A stretch of DNA of 64,000 nucleotides, taken from NCBI GenBank assembly GCA_036172245.1, contig JAYWIR010000012.1:2728001-2792000 (forward strand), in the 5' to 3' direction. Made by a program: the position numbers and the translations under genes. Source of the DNA: Raillietiella orientalis. Lineage: Eukaryota. The notes under the pieces were generated by a model that did no database searches, was not told the origin of the DNA, and worked only from the letters and a program-made list of their open reading frames with translations. Position 1 is the first letter of the stretch. Every line of letters starts with the position of its first letter. This document shows positions 25,470 through 38,230 of this stretch, piece by piece.

Positions 25470-26230
25470 GGCGTCGGCGGTCGCGTGGCTGTAGCCTCTG
25501 AGAGTGGTGTCAAGAGTTGCGGATTTGAATACCACCCGAGGGAAGGAATCGACGCTGAGAACGGGGGTTGCGCCGTTAGTTTCAAGTCGTCCCTCAGGAT
25601 GATGCAGTGGGTTGGCTCCGAGTATGGTGGCACGGGCGGAAGACGGAAACCCCTGGATGCTCCCGCTGACCGGCCGGGATTAGAAGTCGACCGTCCGAGC
25701 TCTTTTCAAAACATCAACGAGCCGATTCTCTTCGGTGTTTCCCTTCGGTTGTGAAGATGGAGCTGTTACCATGAAGCAGGTTGATACTCCCTTGGTGGAG
25801 TTGCCCCTCCTGAGTATAAGTAACGCGATGCTCCCTTCGGGGTCTTCAGAGGAGGAGGAAGCCAGGAGTGGATCCTTTCCTGGTTCTTTCTGGAGAAGAA
25901 ACGAAAGGTGACCCACTCCAGGGGTCCCTCCGAAGAGGATACGGAAGAGGCTCCCTTCGGGGTTCCCTTCCCAAGCGTGAGAAGAACGGATTCTTTCCTC
26001 TGGAGCTTTCCTGGATTCATGGGGTGGTTCTCTCCCAGGCACCCCTAGCTTGAAGAGTTAACACGTACCCTCGGGTGGCATGGGCAGAGTTAAAGAGCTC
26101 CGTGGCCTCTCCTCCCTCCCATTGAAGAGGCGAATGGACCAAAAAGAAGACAGCCAGAGTTGTTTGGGGTCGACTCTGAGTGGGAGGCTGAAAAGTCATG
26201 GGGGAAGCTGAATCTGGAAGAAGCGGCAGG
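25470..26230 (+). mobile_element. tRNA-headed SINE-like element, copy B (degenerate B-box)
   Basis: gagttgcggatttgaatacc (~25514-25533) aligns with the gcgggttcgaatccc head. Shared body blocks include taccatgaagcaggttgatac, ggagctttcctggattcat and accctcgggtggc. Confidence 0.75.
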
Positions 26231-27544
26231 CATTCAAGAAACATCGTTGCCCCTGACTTCCCGTGCAACTTTGCCAGATCTGCCAGCCTGGATCTTTTCC
26301 ACTGCCAGCTGTGCTCTTCCAGAAACTTAAAAAAAAAAAATCTCTTCCTTCTTGAAGGACGGATGCCCTTTTTTTTCCTTTCACGAGAGGACGGCCCCCG
26401 CGTGGGCCCAGACCTCTCTCTCGGACGAGCACAGGTGGAAGCGGGTGTTCCCGTGCACACAGCTCCTTCCGATCTTCCCTCTTCCATGTCCCCATGGCCG
26501 GCCGCTTCGTCTCTCCGGTTGGGTTTCCCTTCTGAACGTTGCATCCGGCGAAGGACGGTAAGATGCTGCTGCTGTTGCTGCTGCTGCCCGCCCAATTCGG
26601 GTGCCGTAACCGCCGAGGCGCTGCCGGATCCAGGATCCCTCAGAACTCTCCCGAAACGGAACGGTTCTTCTTCCCGTGGGAAAAGTGTGAGGGGAGGGGG
26701 GGGGAGGCCCTTCCCCGCAAACAGCACGCGACGACGGATGGCGGTTTCCCCGTTCCGCTGACAGGCGGAGCAGATCACTCCGTCACTGTCTCTCCCTGCG
26801 CATCATTCTCGTCTCCCAGAGCTCCCCCCGCTTTGTTTTCCTCAGCGCCTTTGACAAAAAAGGAAAAGAGAAAAAAACCGTGGTTCCCTACCGGGACGGT
26901 CTCTTTGTTGTCCCCGAAGCTCGAGGGATCGATTGTCCCCTTCAAAGAAAGTTTTCCAGGAACTGTTAATTCACCTCCTTCTTCACGCGAGATGCGGAGG
27001 TTGTTGCAAGGCTGCCATCATCTGTGAAGGGGAAATCGAGATGCCGGGTCCCGGTGAGACATCCCTGCGCGGACCGCCTGATACGCGACCAGCTGGAGAG
27101 AGGTGCATTCTTCCCTCCCCCCCATTCCCCAGATCTGCATCCGATGCAAGAGTGGATCCAGGGGGATCCGTCGCAGCTGACCCCTTAGGAAGCGCATGGA
27201 CCCCGGAGCTGCCTTCGAGGCCAACAAACACGAAGCCTGATTCCCTTCCGCGTCCGGGCTAAGCAGCCCGGGAAGGGGCAGATAAATCCTCGTGGGTTCT
27301 TGCGGGAAGCACGACCTCGAAGAACCCGCAGTCTCAGAGGACAGAGGAACGGCGGTTGTGCGATGCCCACGAACGCGAGGGGATCCTCGCATCCTCGGCG
27401 ACCTTCCCTCGCTCATCCGCTTTGCATCTGCATGCGCGCAGGAGTGGGTGGTGAGGTTTGCGGATGCTGTGCGGCTAGGTCAGAGCGGACCGCGTGATGA
27501 CTGCACGGAGGCGGAGGTGGAATTGGTCGTCGACTTATAGGATA

Positions 27545-28170
27545 CGGGAGCGGCAGCACTGGTTGAAGTCGGAAACTGGATGACCACGTTGACTGGTCGG
27601 GACTCGAAATTGACCCTCCGGGGCCCTGCCAGGACATCAACGGGCCAGTTTCCTTCGGAGTTCCCCGCCGGCAGCGAAAAGGGAGCCGTTACCATGGAGC
27701 TGGTTGATACCCCTTCGGGAGTTGCCTCTCCAGAGTGTCAAGAAGCAATCTGCTCCCTTCCTGAGGAGGAGTAAACAAGGAGGGCTTCCGTTAAAGGTGT
27801 CCTTCGAAGAAGAATTTCTGGGAGCGCATCTTTTCCGGTTTCCCTTCGGGGAAGAAATGAGGAGTGACGCTCTTCGTGGAGTCGTAAGAGGAACGGACGC
27901 CTTCCTCCGGAGCTTTCCTGGATTCATAGGATGGTCCCCTCCCGGAACATCCTCTAACCTGAAGAGTTGCACGCGAGCCAAAAAAAATGGAAGACAATCA
28001 GAGATGTTCGGGGTCGACTCTCAGTGGGAGGCTGAAGAATCGTGGGGGAATCTGAGTCTGGAAGCGGCAGACGGAGCCTTCCTGGATTCATAGAGTGGTC
28101 CTCACGAGGTTGCTGCCTCACTTGAAGAGTCATACGCACCCTCGGGTGGAGTCGACAGTGTTTGAAGAGT
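27545..28170 (+). mobile_element. SINE-like element, copy C (no recognisable head; internal duplication)
   Basis: Shared body blocks taccatggagctggttgatacccc and caccctcgggtgg; ttcctggattcatag occurs twice (27915-27929 and 28079-28093). Confidence 0.75.
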
Positions 28171-28289
28171 TTGATGTATCCAGGAGAGATGAGGTTCGAA
28201 TCAAAGCCTCCCAGTCGCTCTGTGAAGTGCCATCTGGGAGGGGGAGGAGGAGGAAGGGGAAGAGGAAGAGATTAAGTGCCATTCCTGGT

Positions 28290-28470
28290 ACCTCAGGAGG
28301 GTACCACCGTATGAATCCGGGAAGGCTCTGGAGGAAGATGTCTGTTTCTATTAGGCTTGGAAAGGGAACCCCTCTTCCTTCTTCTCTCCGGAGGGACTTC
28401 TCGGAGGGAGCCACTCTTCATTTTTTCTCCAGAGAGAACCCGGAAAGGATGCGCACCCGGAACTTCTGCC
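28290..28470 (-). mobile_element. SINE-like family body fragment in inverted orientation
   Basis: Reverse complement reads gcgcatcctttccgggttctc...gaaaaaatgaagagtggc...ttcctccagagccttcccggattcat, matching 27825-27930 and 21020-21170. Confidence 0.7.
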
Positions 28471-28559
28471 AGACTACTTTTCTGCGGAATGGATGCGAGA
28501 AAGATGCAAATTTTTCTCTGATGAGGGATGGCATCTGTCGGAACTCCCATTCCTCTTCT

Positions 28560-31500
28560 TCCCAAAGTTGCCCGGAAACGCATCTTGTCCCGGGAGGCGA
28601 GCCCCGCTTCCCGTGGAGCAAAGGAAGCGATCTATTGCTCCTTTCCTTTAATCAAAAGCTGCGGGATCTGCAGAGTATTTGGACGCTGCGGGTGCTGCTT
28701 CACCAGCAGAAACAGTGATGAAAGGCCTTGAGGAGATTTTCAAACCGAACGGCGAGTTGTCGAATTCGAAGGTCCCCTCTGCGTTCGACCGTGACAAGGT
28801 CACTCGGATCTTCGCGGGAGTGACCAAGCAGCAAAAATGACTGGAAACCGGAAAGTGCAGTGTAACGACTGAGAAGACACAGTTTATCGGATGCTTGGAT
28901 CAGTGGATAAGCGAAAGACAGTAAGTAACGAAGTGTTAAACAAAGGGCACATGGGGGGAGAAAGGGCATTGCGTCTCGATGACACCCAGAAATCATTCAG
29001 CTGAGGCCTTTTCGGTCCACCTCCACGTCGACGGACTCTGCTCAACGAAGATACTTTGACATTTTTGGTGGAAGCTCAACAATGGAAAGTCCAAAATGCT
29101 TCGTCACCAGTTCCTTGGGAACGTCACAGCCCTTGGGATCCTAAGGTGGTGCTGCATCTGAGTTGTCATTCTTCTTCCCCGTCTAAAAAAGAGATGGCGC
29201 CAGAAAGAAAGAACCCACCAATCCCGATGGCTCGAAGACCGACCCAAAGGTTGCGGACTATCAGGAGAGGATCTGAGGGAACTCCTCGAGGGGAAGGACT
29301 CCGCCCAACCGTACAATCGAAAAATCCGCATGCTGGTACGGCAGGTCCCCTTTGCTACTCAGATCGAGGTTAAATCCATACTACTGGAAAGAGATCCGAG
29401 AAACAACCTGAGGAAGCAGGAAAACGGAGTCTGCGTGCACAGCGAGAGATTTCAGCAGCTTCCGCGAGTGTTTCCATTGTTCTTTCTTGCTCCTCTTCAC
29501 TCCCCCTAAGGATGCCATGGTTCTGCCGAGGAGCAAAGAAGCTTCGTCCTTGATTTCCAGGTCTCAGAAGGAACCGAACCACGGAGGAAGGGGGGGGGAG
29601 GGGGGGAGAGTTTTGTGAGGTGACACGGAAAGCACGGGATTCCCGTGAAGATGGCCGAACTGAACCCAAGCTTTCTGAAGGAGGAATCACTCACGTGCCT
29701 CCTCGAGCGTCTTTTGATGCTCAGCTCTCATGCATTCCGCCGATAATCTCCCTCCTCCTCTTTGTCTTCCCTACCCTTTTTGCCTTCCTGAACCAGTGAC
29801 GACTTCTCTTCCCATCCATCGCTGAGGATGCCTATTTTTTTTCCGGCTTCCCATTAGGAAGACCGTCTGGCTCACTCGAGCAACGGTGCTATCGATTCTG
29901 TTGCTAAACGGGAACGCAAAGAGGAAGCTCAAGTGACGTAGAGTTGCCTTGCCAAACTTTGTCCGGGATTATGGGTTTCCAAACTCTGAGACCATTCATC
30001 TCAGATACGTCTGCCTGGGATCGAGCTCTGAACACCGCGTCTCCATGCACCCCTGGCCTGCTCTTGCTCGAGTGCGAAGGCATGCCTCATCATTCCGATA
30101 GCAATGGAGAGGCGTCCAGAAGAGTATCCTTTGCCAAAAAAACAACGAAAATTTGACGCACCGAATGAAAAGACTTGGAACACGATCAAGAGGTTCGGAT
30201 CACGTGACACTTTCCGTTCTGGAGTGTCGCTCGGTTTGCACGCTCCTCGTCCCACCGTTCCTCTTCAGCGCTTTTGGGACCTACGATGCAGGAGCCTCAT
30301 GAGGTGTCCAGAATTGCAACCTCAGCCTGCTGTTGCAGTAGATTCATCCATGCATCCAGTGGATGCATCTCCTCTCTGTGCCTGAGCGCTGGAAGGGATC
30401 ACCCGTTCTTTTAGCGCTCAGACGAAAACTCCTGTGATCGATACCTCTCGTGACTTGGAAAGCCTTCATTATCCCGAAAAGACAAGGAAGCGGATGAGGG
30501 TGCCTGACGAGACGTTTTCTTTTTTCTGTTCGCTTTTCTATTTTTCCTGAGAATACCCATCGATCTTGGGGCCATTAGAAGCTGGCGCTGGCAGCGTGCC
30601 CTATCATGTCGGCAAGACGGAGACTTGCATCTTCAAGAGGATTTCCTGGACTGGCCCTGCAGCTTCCCCTCGGTTACCGCAGGCTTCTGGCGGATGGCTG
30701 TGCGACAGCAAGTAGGATGTAGCTCCCTTGCGACGTCAGTTTGCTGCAAGAAAGCGAACAGGAAGGTGACTGCGAGCACGGCCTGCGGGCAGTTCCTCAC
30801 GGTCCCTCGCGACTCTCTCCTCGGCGGCATCCAGTCCAGCATCGGCGGCGTGCTGAACAGCTGATGGACGACGATGCCAGAAGTCACCTGCGGCAGAGAC
30901 TACCTTTGGCGGCGTCTTCCAAATACACTCGCTCCCTACCTCCTTGGAATTGTTCCTGCAGAGAACCAAAGAATCCAGCCGCCCTGCACTTCGTTCGGGA
31001 ATGCTGTTGAACCGTGGATTGCTCTAGTCTGACACATCTTCTCCTGAAAATGCCCACATTGGCGGCCGTGTGGCGACGCCCTCCATGCATGAAGCGTTGC
31101 GGGTTCGAATCCCGCCTGGGAGAGGATCGACGCCGAGAACGTGGGGTGCGTCGCGTGATTTCGAGTCATCCCTGCAGGACGATGCTGGTTGGCCTGCAGG
31201 CTTCGGGTGGTGGAAGCCGGAAACCGGGTGTCACTGTTGATTGACCGGAATTTAAAGTTGACCCTTCGTGGTCCTGCCAGGAATCAAGGAGCCGTTTCCT
31301 TCGGGCTTCCCCCCGGTTCTGAGAATGGAACCATACCCTGGAGCTGGTTGGTACTCCCCTCGGGGGTGGCCCCTCTAGAACGTTAAGTCCGCTGCTCCCT
31401 TCGCGGAGCGCCCTTCAGAGACGTTTGAAAGCGTCCCTTGGGAGTACTCTTCAGGGAAGGAAACAGGGAGAGGATCCTTCCCGGGTTCTCTTCGGATACA

Positions 31501-32140
31501 ACCAGGAGAGGGTTCCTTTTGAGGTTCCCCACGAAGAGCAAGAGAGAAACGGACTCCTTCCTCCAAAGCTGTGCTGGATTCATCGGATATCAATCACCCG
31601 CTGTAACTTAGAGTTAGAAGCACCCTCGGATGGCGTGGACAGCCTTTGTCAGATCCTCCTAAGGAAGTGAACAGTTCTCTCGCATTTGGCGAACCAAAAA
31701 AAAAAAAAAGGAGAAAGAAAAAGCTGGAAGGAAAGCGGCGAAAACAGAACCCAAAAGAATTTCAATAGCAACCTATCCCGATCACGGCACGCTGTTTCTC
31801 CCTTGCCCCATGGCTGCCCTCCTTGAATAATGCAAAGGACAACGTAATCCAGGCAAGGTAGAAAGTGATGTGCTGCACAGCAGCAGCAATGACGGAGCTT
31901 CTGGGTAGGTGGGCAACTCGGGAGGTGACGGATACATACTCCGAGTATCCCACCCCACGGACTCGTACGCTGGGGAGAGCTGCTCAACATCCCTCCGGAG
32001 GGAGTGAAGTGACCCCCAGATTGACGATTGACGGGAGCTGACATTGCTGGCGGTGCATGAGGGAATCCCGTGAAAAACGCACCTTCACCAGTGGACACGG
32101 GGAAGCGCGGACGTTCAGTGCGACAGAAGAAGAAGACCCT
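28560..32140 (-). mobile_element. Decayed LINE ORF2 (EN to RT), interrupted by SINE copy D
   Basis: Minus strand in order: SVALNVRAS (~32125, EN start); VVSAAGDFW (~30890, GDFN-like); LEQEQARGAWRR (~30060, linker); and an RT-like stretch in ORF 28700..28996. Confidence 0.6.
31055..31710 (+). mobile_element. tRNA-headed SINE-like element, copy D (most complete: A-box, B-box, poly-A)
   Basis: A-box-like tggcggccgtgtgg at ~31060-31073, B-box GGTTCGAATCC at 31102-31112, shared body, and an ending aacc plus A-run at ~31696-31709. Confidence 0.85.
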
Positions 32141-32768
32141 CCCGCACCTGCTGTTGGACTATGTGCTGCCCTCCGACCCCTTTGGGATCGCCTTGCGACG
32201 ATCCTAGGAATCCCGGAGGGCGGTTCCAGGGACATTTCCAAGCGCCTCTTGATGAGTGGTACCGCACTGCCGCCATCCGCGTGCGTCCCTCGCAGTTCTC
32301 TGCGGTCTCTGCGGGATCGTCACGGTCTGCAACGAGGGAAGAAGAGGCGGAAATGGCAGGGACGCCATCCGCTGAGCCAAGATCTTCGTGAAGACCGTCT
32401 CGAGATGACCCCACCTGGGCGTTATACGGACGGAACTTGCCAGCATCCTGAACGGGATGCAGTGGACGCCTGGCAGAGTACTGTGATCCCTCCCTTCCCC
32501 GTGTAAGAATTCCTCTCGCCTGTTTGTGCGTTTATTTTTATTTTTATTTTTTGTTTTCTCCTCCCCCACGCTGCTGAAGCGGACCTCGTCGGTCTGCTCA
32601 CCGCTCTTCTGCAGGTTCCTTGCGTGTGGCAGAACCAAGGGTTCCTCCACACCAATGTATTTTCATTACCTTATGTAAGAGATGTCCTGGAATAACTGGG
32701 TGATAATCTTCAATAGTAATGATCTCCTCGTGAGGTCCCTACTGGCCTCTACAAAAAAAAAAAAAAAG
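32140..32768 (+). mobile_element. 5'-truncated LINE 3' end, same family as 13600-14175
   Basis: CAALRPLWDRLATILGIPEGG closely matches CAALRPPWDCLATILGIPEGS at 13650-13710. Shared ggatgcag.gga.gcctggcag block, then a T-rich UTR and an A-run at ~32753-32767. Confidence 0.88.
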
Positions 32769-33399
32769 AGCTGGAGGCATTTTGCTTGGAGAAACGGATT
32801 CATAGCATCTGACACGCTTTGGTGAAGAGGAGCAGACCGCATCAATGGATGTACATTCCTCAAGAAAACAGAAAGAAAATGGGAAGATGATGAAAGTACA
32901 TCAGTTGGTTCCAGATGCAGCAGGCAAAGGCAGCGAATGGTCCAAAAGTGAACTCACGACCTGCACAGGATGCAATGCACTGACGCCGATGCTAAAGTCC
33001 TCTCTAATAAACGGCCGTTGCTCAAGCCACGCGGTCTCTGGATTTCTTGATCATAAACAGAAGCCTGCTCCTGTCAGCGTCTCTGAGGTGCATGGGAAAG
33101 GATTCTGCAACCAGGATACGTGAGAATCAGTTTGGAGTGAATCTGGAAAAAAGAAGGCAAGGGAGCTGGAGTTCACGGACACACCTGAGACAGCTTGAGT
33201 ATAAGTTATCTTACCGGACCTCCCTCCGCCTCCATAGCAACACCGACTTGGGCTCTGAAACAAGTGGTAGGGTTCCTGGGATCCAAAGATCGACAAGGAT
33301 GGATCAGAGAACTGGAGGTCCCTCGCACTCAGATAAAACATCTAGAAATGTACTAGACACCGAACATGTACTAGATACACCTTTTGGATCACCAGCCAG

Positions 33400-36300
33400 G
33401 AAGAGCAGTGTTTACTCTGACCACGAATGAGGCGCCCTCTTCAGCGGACGGAGAAGTCTCGGATGTGGACTATCTCGGACGGCTCCACATTTGGAGCGTT
33501 CTTCCTGCCCTTGCATCAAATGAAAACGCCATCCAGCCGAGCATCCTCTGGTTTTCGTGAAACTCTGCAGTCTGTCTCAGAAGCGGATCTACCGGAGGGG
33601 AAAGTAGTTCGGGACACGCCTCGTGCTCTTCCTACATGGACTGGATGAAGGCGTAAGGAACAGTGTATACAGACTTAGGGGCTGGAGGAGCATAGGGGTG
33701 CACATTGTGACTCCATCCCCTGGGCAGGTGCAGTCATGAGATTGAAAAGCTACCGTCCCGAAAGTAGAGCCTACAGTGGCCAAGCCGAGCCCTCGAAAAA
33801 GTCGGCCTGCGAAGGTGCTAATGGAAAGGGATTCTTCTCTTGAATGATCTGAATGCAGGGTTGGATTTAGGGAGACACCAGATCAGGGACTGAATTTCCG
33901 GAATGCTCTTGAGGACACCTGTCCCAGCTTACGGAGAAGAACCGTGAGATCCTCGGAATGAAAGCCACCGCGACAGCTGTGCCGGCGGGAAATGGTCGAG
34001 CAGACTTATAGCACGGACAGACAAAAAGGCTGCATTGGTTTCAACTGCAAAAGAGCATTAAGATTCGTACGTGATTGCCAGGAAACCCAATGCCGCTTTC
34101 CGGTCCGTTCCTGTCAAGAAGTATTTCGCAAACGTGTTGGAATCTACGGTGCACTTGCTCCTGCTCTTTCCCAAGGGAAAAAAAATTAATACAGACATGC
34201 TCCAGGTTCCCCAGTCGAACTTCTCCTTTCAAACTCCAGGAAGTGGCCAGAATTCCATACAAGACGGCGGCAACTCCCCCCCTGTTCGGATCACGGAAGA
34301 AATCCGTGGGTGCAGCTTCACGATTTCAACATTTGTCTTTGGGCGGGGAAAATAACCGGACTCTGGAAACATTCCCAAGCAGTGATGCTTCCGAAATCGT
34401 CTCTTCTTGCAATTGTCTCAAGCTGTCTGTCTCACCCGGCGCATCGGGAAGACTGAAGCATCCATCGGAGAGAAGACAAGTATCCGCAAGTAGTCCTGCT
34501 GGGCAAGATCGGGCATCTCTTGATCATCTTGAGCTTGCTGTCTGGTGTGGAGGGTCTTGAGCCAAACCCTCGTAAGCATCCCAAGTCTTTGGTAGTGAAC
34601 AGGGATCAGGAGAGAAAGGCACTCACATCTTTTGATGAAGTCTTCTACCCGAAAAAGCCTGGAGAATGTGGATACTTTCCCGCCTTCCCTGACCACGCCT
34701 TCAGAGGAGGTGAGCATCTTACTTGCCTGAGGACGTGCCCTTCGAGGAGAAGCAGAGTGCATAGCAGTCAAGAAATCCAGGCTCTCTGTAACAGATCAAG
34801 TGGCAGCAGGTGTTTGCAGACATGAGCAGCATGCCGTCCCCTTTCCGTTGTGTTGTTTTTGATCTCCAAGAAAATGAAGTTTGGAGTGAGTCGATCTATA
34901 GTTGTGAGTAGGAGGACGACCTCAGAAAGGGAGTGGGAAATCTACTTCTGGTCGACTGACCGCGTCTACTCCATGATGACCGGTAAGGCTGGCATTCTGG
35001 AGAACGTGGCCGATCGGTTCCCATGGTCCTCCTCGTGGACAACCATGGATGGCAATCAAGTGGAGTAACAGGTGGATTCATGTGTCCAAGAAGAGGTTCC
35101 AGATCTCTTCGGCACCTCGGTTCGCGCTCCGGATAGAATCAGCCTCGGGCTATCCCAGACTCGTTCTCCATCCCTGTCTTCGGGTGGACTCCTTCATCTT
35201 CTCTCACAAGCCTGGGCGTGCAGTCCCTAGAGTGCTCTTCGGACGACGGAGGCGGCGGAGGAGGTCCGGTCGCTGTCGTTGTGATCGAAGGATGCGCACG
35301 AATTTGCTCTTCCCTGCGGGCGAGCAGATGCACGGCTGGCTGGTGTCGTTAGTCTGAAGTCCCTCCGACCATGCGATCAGGCGACGGGACCAAGTGGGAA
35401 TGCCAGCTGCCATACGCTGAAGTTGCGCCTTCTCCACAGTCGACGCGGTGGTGACGCGCGACCTGCCGAAAGCACAGCTCTAGGAGGGTACGCCCTCGGG
35501 CTCTGGGGGTGCGAGTGTGCGAAGGCTTTTCTCAGGTGGTCCCCGAGGGTTATTCAGCCTTGGAGAATTGCGGAGGCCCTTCCGGGGTCGAGTGGGCTAC
35601 CGCAATTTATAGTTGCCGTCCGCAGTTAGCTTTCTCGGGGATTCCAGAAGATAAAACTCCGAGGCAGGGTGGTCTCTGGAGCCACGCCAGCGGGAGTATG
35701 CCTCAGCTTGCGAAAACGAGAAGAGCAACCGAGGGCTCGAGACACTTGCGACATATCCGAGGGGAGGGGGAAGGGAGAAGGTGAACTGGAGCAGGAGGAT
35801 TGGAGTTAGAAAATTCATTCCCTTCCCGCTCCAAAAACAACTGAACTGACATGAGTCGGCACTCCTGGTCTTGCACTGGGGCCTATCGTGCAACGCTCGC
35901 CCCTCTCACTGGACCCAGGAGGCTATGGAACCAAACTGTTACAGGTGTTGGGAACGGGAATCCCTTCCACATCTGCTTATTTACTGTGTTGCCCCCCGAC
36001 CCCTGCGATTGCGCTACGCAGTGGTCCTTGGTGCACCGATGGACAATCCCAGGGACGTGATGAAGCGCCTCTTCGTGCGCGATGCCTTTCGACTGCCGCA
36101 TCCCCAGCAGCTCTTTGCTTCTGCCTGTGCGGGATTGCGGCGGCCTGGAGCCACTCGAGAGGAGGACAGCACAAATGGGACTCCACCTGCTCCTCCCTGC
36201 GCTTCCTGCGGACGGCAGCAAGATGGCCTCACCTGAAGCATACTCAGATGGAACTTGCCGGCATCCTGGAAGGGATGCAGAGGACGCCCTCCAGTTCCCG

Positions 36301-36485
36301 GTGATCCCTTCCGTGCTCCCAGAGTTTCTTTTTTATCCTCATTTTTGTTTGTCCCCCCCCCTCTCCACAGCCGGAGCGAACCTCACTGGTCTGCGTGCTG
36401 GTTACTTGGCAGGTGCCGAATATTTTCGGACGATTGTAGGGCCAATGGACGTACATTTGTAATTTTATCATTTTTATAATAAACG
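33400..36485 (+). mobile_element. Decayed LINE ORF2 (EN remnant, RT remnant, zf-RVT, 3' UTR); possibly composite
   Basis: PTWTG (~33635); QLTEKNREIL (~33930); LLLFPKGKK (~34160); FVFGR (~34335); LVVNRDQERKA (~34590); PLSVVLF (~34840); LHWGLSCNAR...NCYRCWERESLPHLLIYC (ORF 35871..36236); AATAAA at 36478-36483. Confidence 0.72.
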
Positions 36486-37839
36486 CCCCAGCGCGCTTCC
36501 GGGTGATAACCCTTCCCGCCCCAAGTCCCGGAGTGTGGGGTCCTTCAGAGCAGGGAGAGGATGAACGTTGGAGAGAGAGGCAACATTCCCGGAAGGAAGG
36601 AGCTAGGATGAGATCTCGCGTGCAGACGAAGGGTGTGGAGGATCTTGAGCCCCCATCTGTTTCCTAGACTAGCACGTCGGCCATTTTAAGGAACTTGCCA
36701 GAAGCGAGGGGATGGGTGCCATGGCGAGGTGAGTGCCCCACTCCTCAGGAGGGAGTGCATTGGAGTTTCCTCTTTTTTGTGGTCGGGTGATGGCGTCCAT
36801 CATCGAGGATGGAGGAGGATGGAGATGGGAAACCCTCCTCGCATGAAGGGACCTTTGGAGGGAACGGAGTGAGAGACTGCTGGTCTTTTCCAGAACAGAC
36901 GAGGAGCGCCTTTTCAGAGGCGAACCTGAAGAAGCTTCCCGTCTGCATGATAGCCTGCGAGAGGACCTACAACTTTCTCCGAAAGGATGGCTGCCCTCTG
37001 GGTGCTTTCAGTCGTCGTCGAGGCCTGAGGGAGAGAGAAGCGAGAGGGCGCTGCGTGGGAAGCCACGAGAGGTGGGAGGAAGAAAAAGAGGAAGGAAGGA
37101 AAATTTCTCGGCAAGGCCCGCCCACAGATCCTTCCAGGGGAGGGTGCGAGCAGAGAGTGACCTTTCTCGAGCCAAGGGAATGAATCCTCTTCCACCTCTT
37201 CCTGCCTCTAGGACTCAGGAAGAAAGGGGGGACATCTGTGCGAGGCAGAGGAAGTGGAGTGGGGGATGGATGGAAGGGGTGCGGAATGGGTACCAGGGAT
37301 CAGAATTCAGTGAGACTACAGTCTTCAGTCTCCCAGCTCAGAGAAGACAAAGGGACGGAGATACGGAGAAGGAAGGGGGACGCTGTGACGCCCTTTTCCT
37401 GCAGGGGAAGGATGAGATCATCGGGGTCGATTCCTGACAGTCCTTTTCGTCAGCCAACAGGATTTTCTCTATCGCCGACACTTCTGAAACGAAGTTAGGG
37501 GCAATCTCCAGTTTTCCCCGGGGACGGGCGTCGTTTGACCGTCGAACTGTCTTTTCCGGTGGGTGAGGATGCCCCATCTCCTGTACTCGCGTCCGTTTGT
37601 CTCTCGGAATGCAGAAACTGAAAGCTCTTGCTGGCGGGTGATTCGTGCGTGCTCTTTCGAATTCCCCAAGGTACGAACTCGTCTAGAAGAGCGGGATACG
37701 GCGGAACGGAGCCAAGAGGACAGGACAGGACTCCTCGGCAGAGTCGGGTCGCCATTGGAGTGGTCATCCGTGGTGAGAAAAGGGAAGGAAGGGGGAAAGC
37801 TGTTTTTCAGGAGTGACAGTGGAGCCAAGGACGACGACG

Positions 37840-38230
37840 GGCGCGGCCTCTATGGGGAACGCCATTGCGGCCGGACGCGCAGCGGAAAGCACCGCGAGCC
37901 AAGCAGGTCGCGACTTCCGTTCGAGGAAGCCAGTAGCCGTCCGAAAGAACGCCCGAAGATTGCCAGGGCATCTCCGTTAGCAGCTGAAAAGAAAGGGGAA
38001 AAAAAAGGAAAGGAAGTGATCTCGGACGCGAACAAATCATCCTGCCGGCTGCACGTGAAGACGCATCGCAAGTACGGCTACAGACGCGTGCTCTGCCACA
38101 AGAACTTCAACTGCCGGTCCATGCTCAAGGGGCACCATAACGCGCACACGGACTGCAGTGCCTACCGATGCAACCTGTAGCTCCTATGCCATCAAAACAA
38201 GGGCAGCCTGGAAAGGCATAAAGAGGCACG
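37840..38230 (+). pseudogene. Decayed tandem C2H2 zinc-finger fragment (2-3 fingers)
   Basis: NKSSCRLHVKTH / YRRVLCHKNFNCRSMLKGHHNAH / YRCNL(C)SYA..NKGSLERH. The first Cys of finger 2 is CGC (38085-38087), and finger 3 is broken by a stop/frameshift at ~38178. Confidence 0.7.

Noticed and set aside
26564..26587. Poly-Cys / poly-Gln / poly-Leu runs in overlapping ORFs
   Set aside because: Short (CTG)n microsatellite.
30640..30900. Plus-strand FWRM (tyrosine-phosphatase-like) and minus-strand RGTVRNCP (RT-like)
   Set aside because: Single short motifs. The position between the EN start and the linker of the minus-strand LINE, with AGDFW in another frame, favours an EN remnant.
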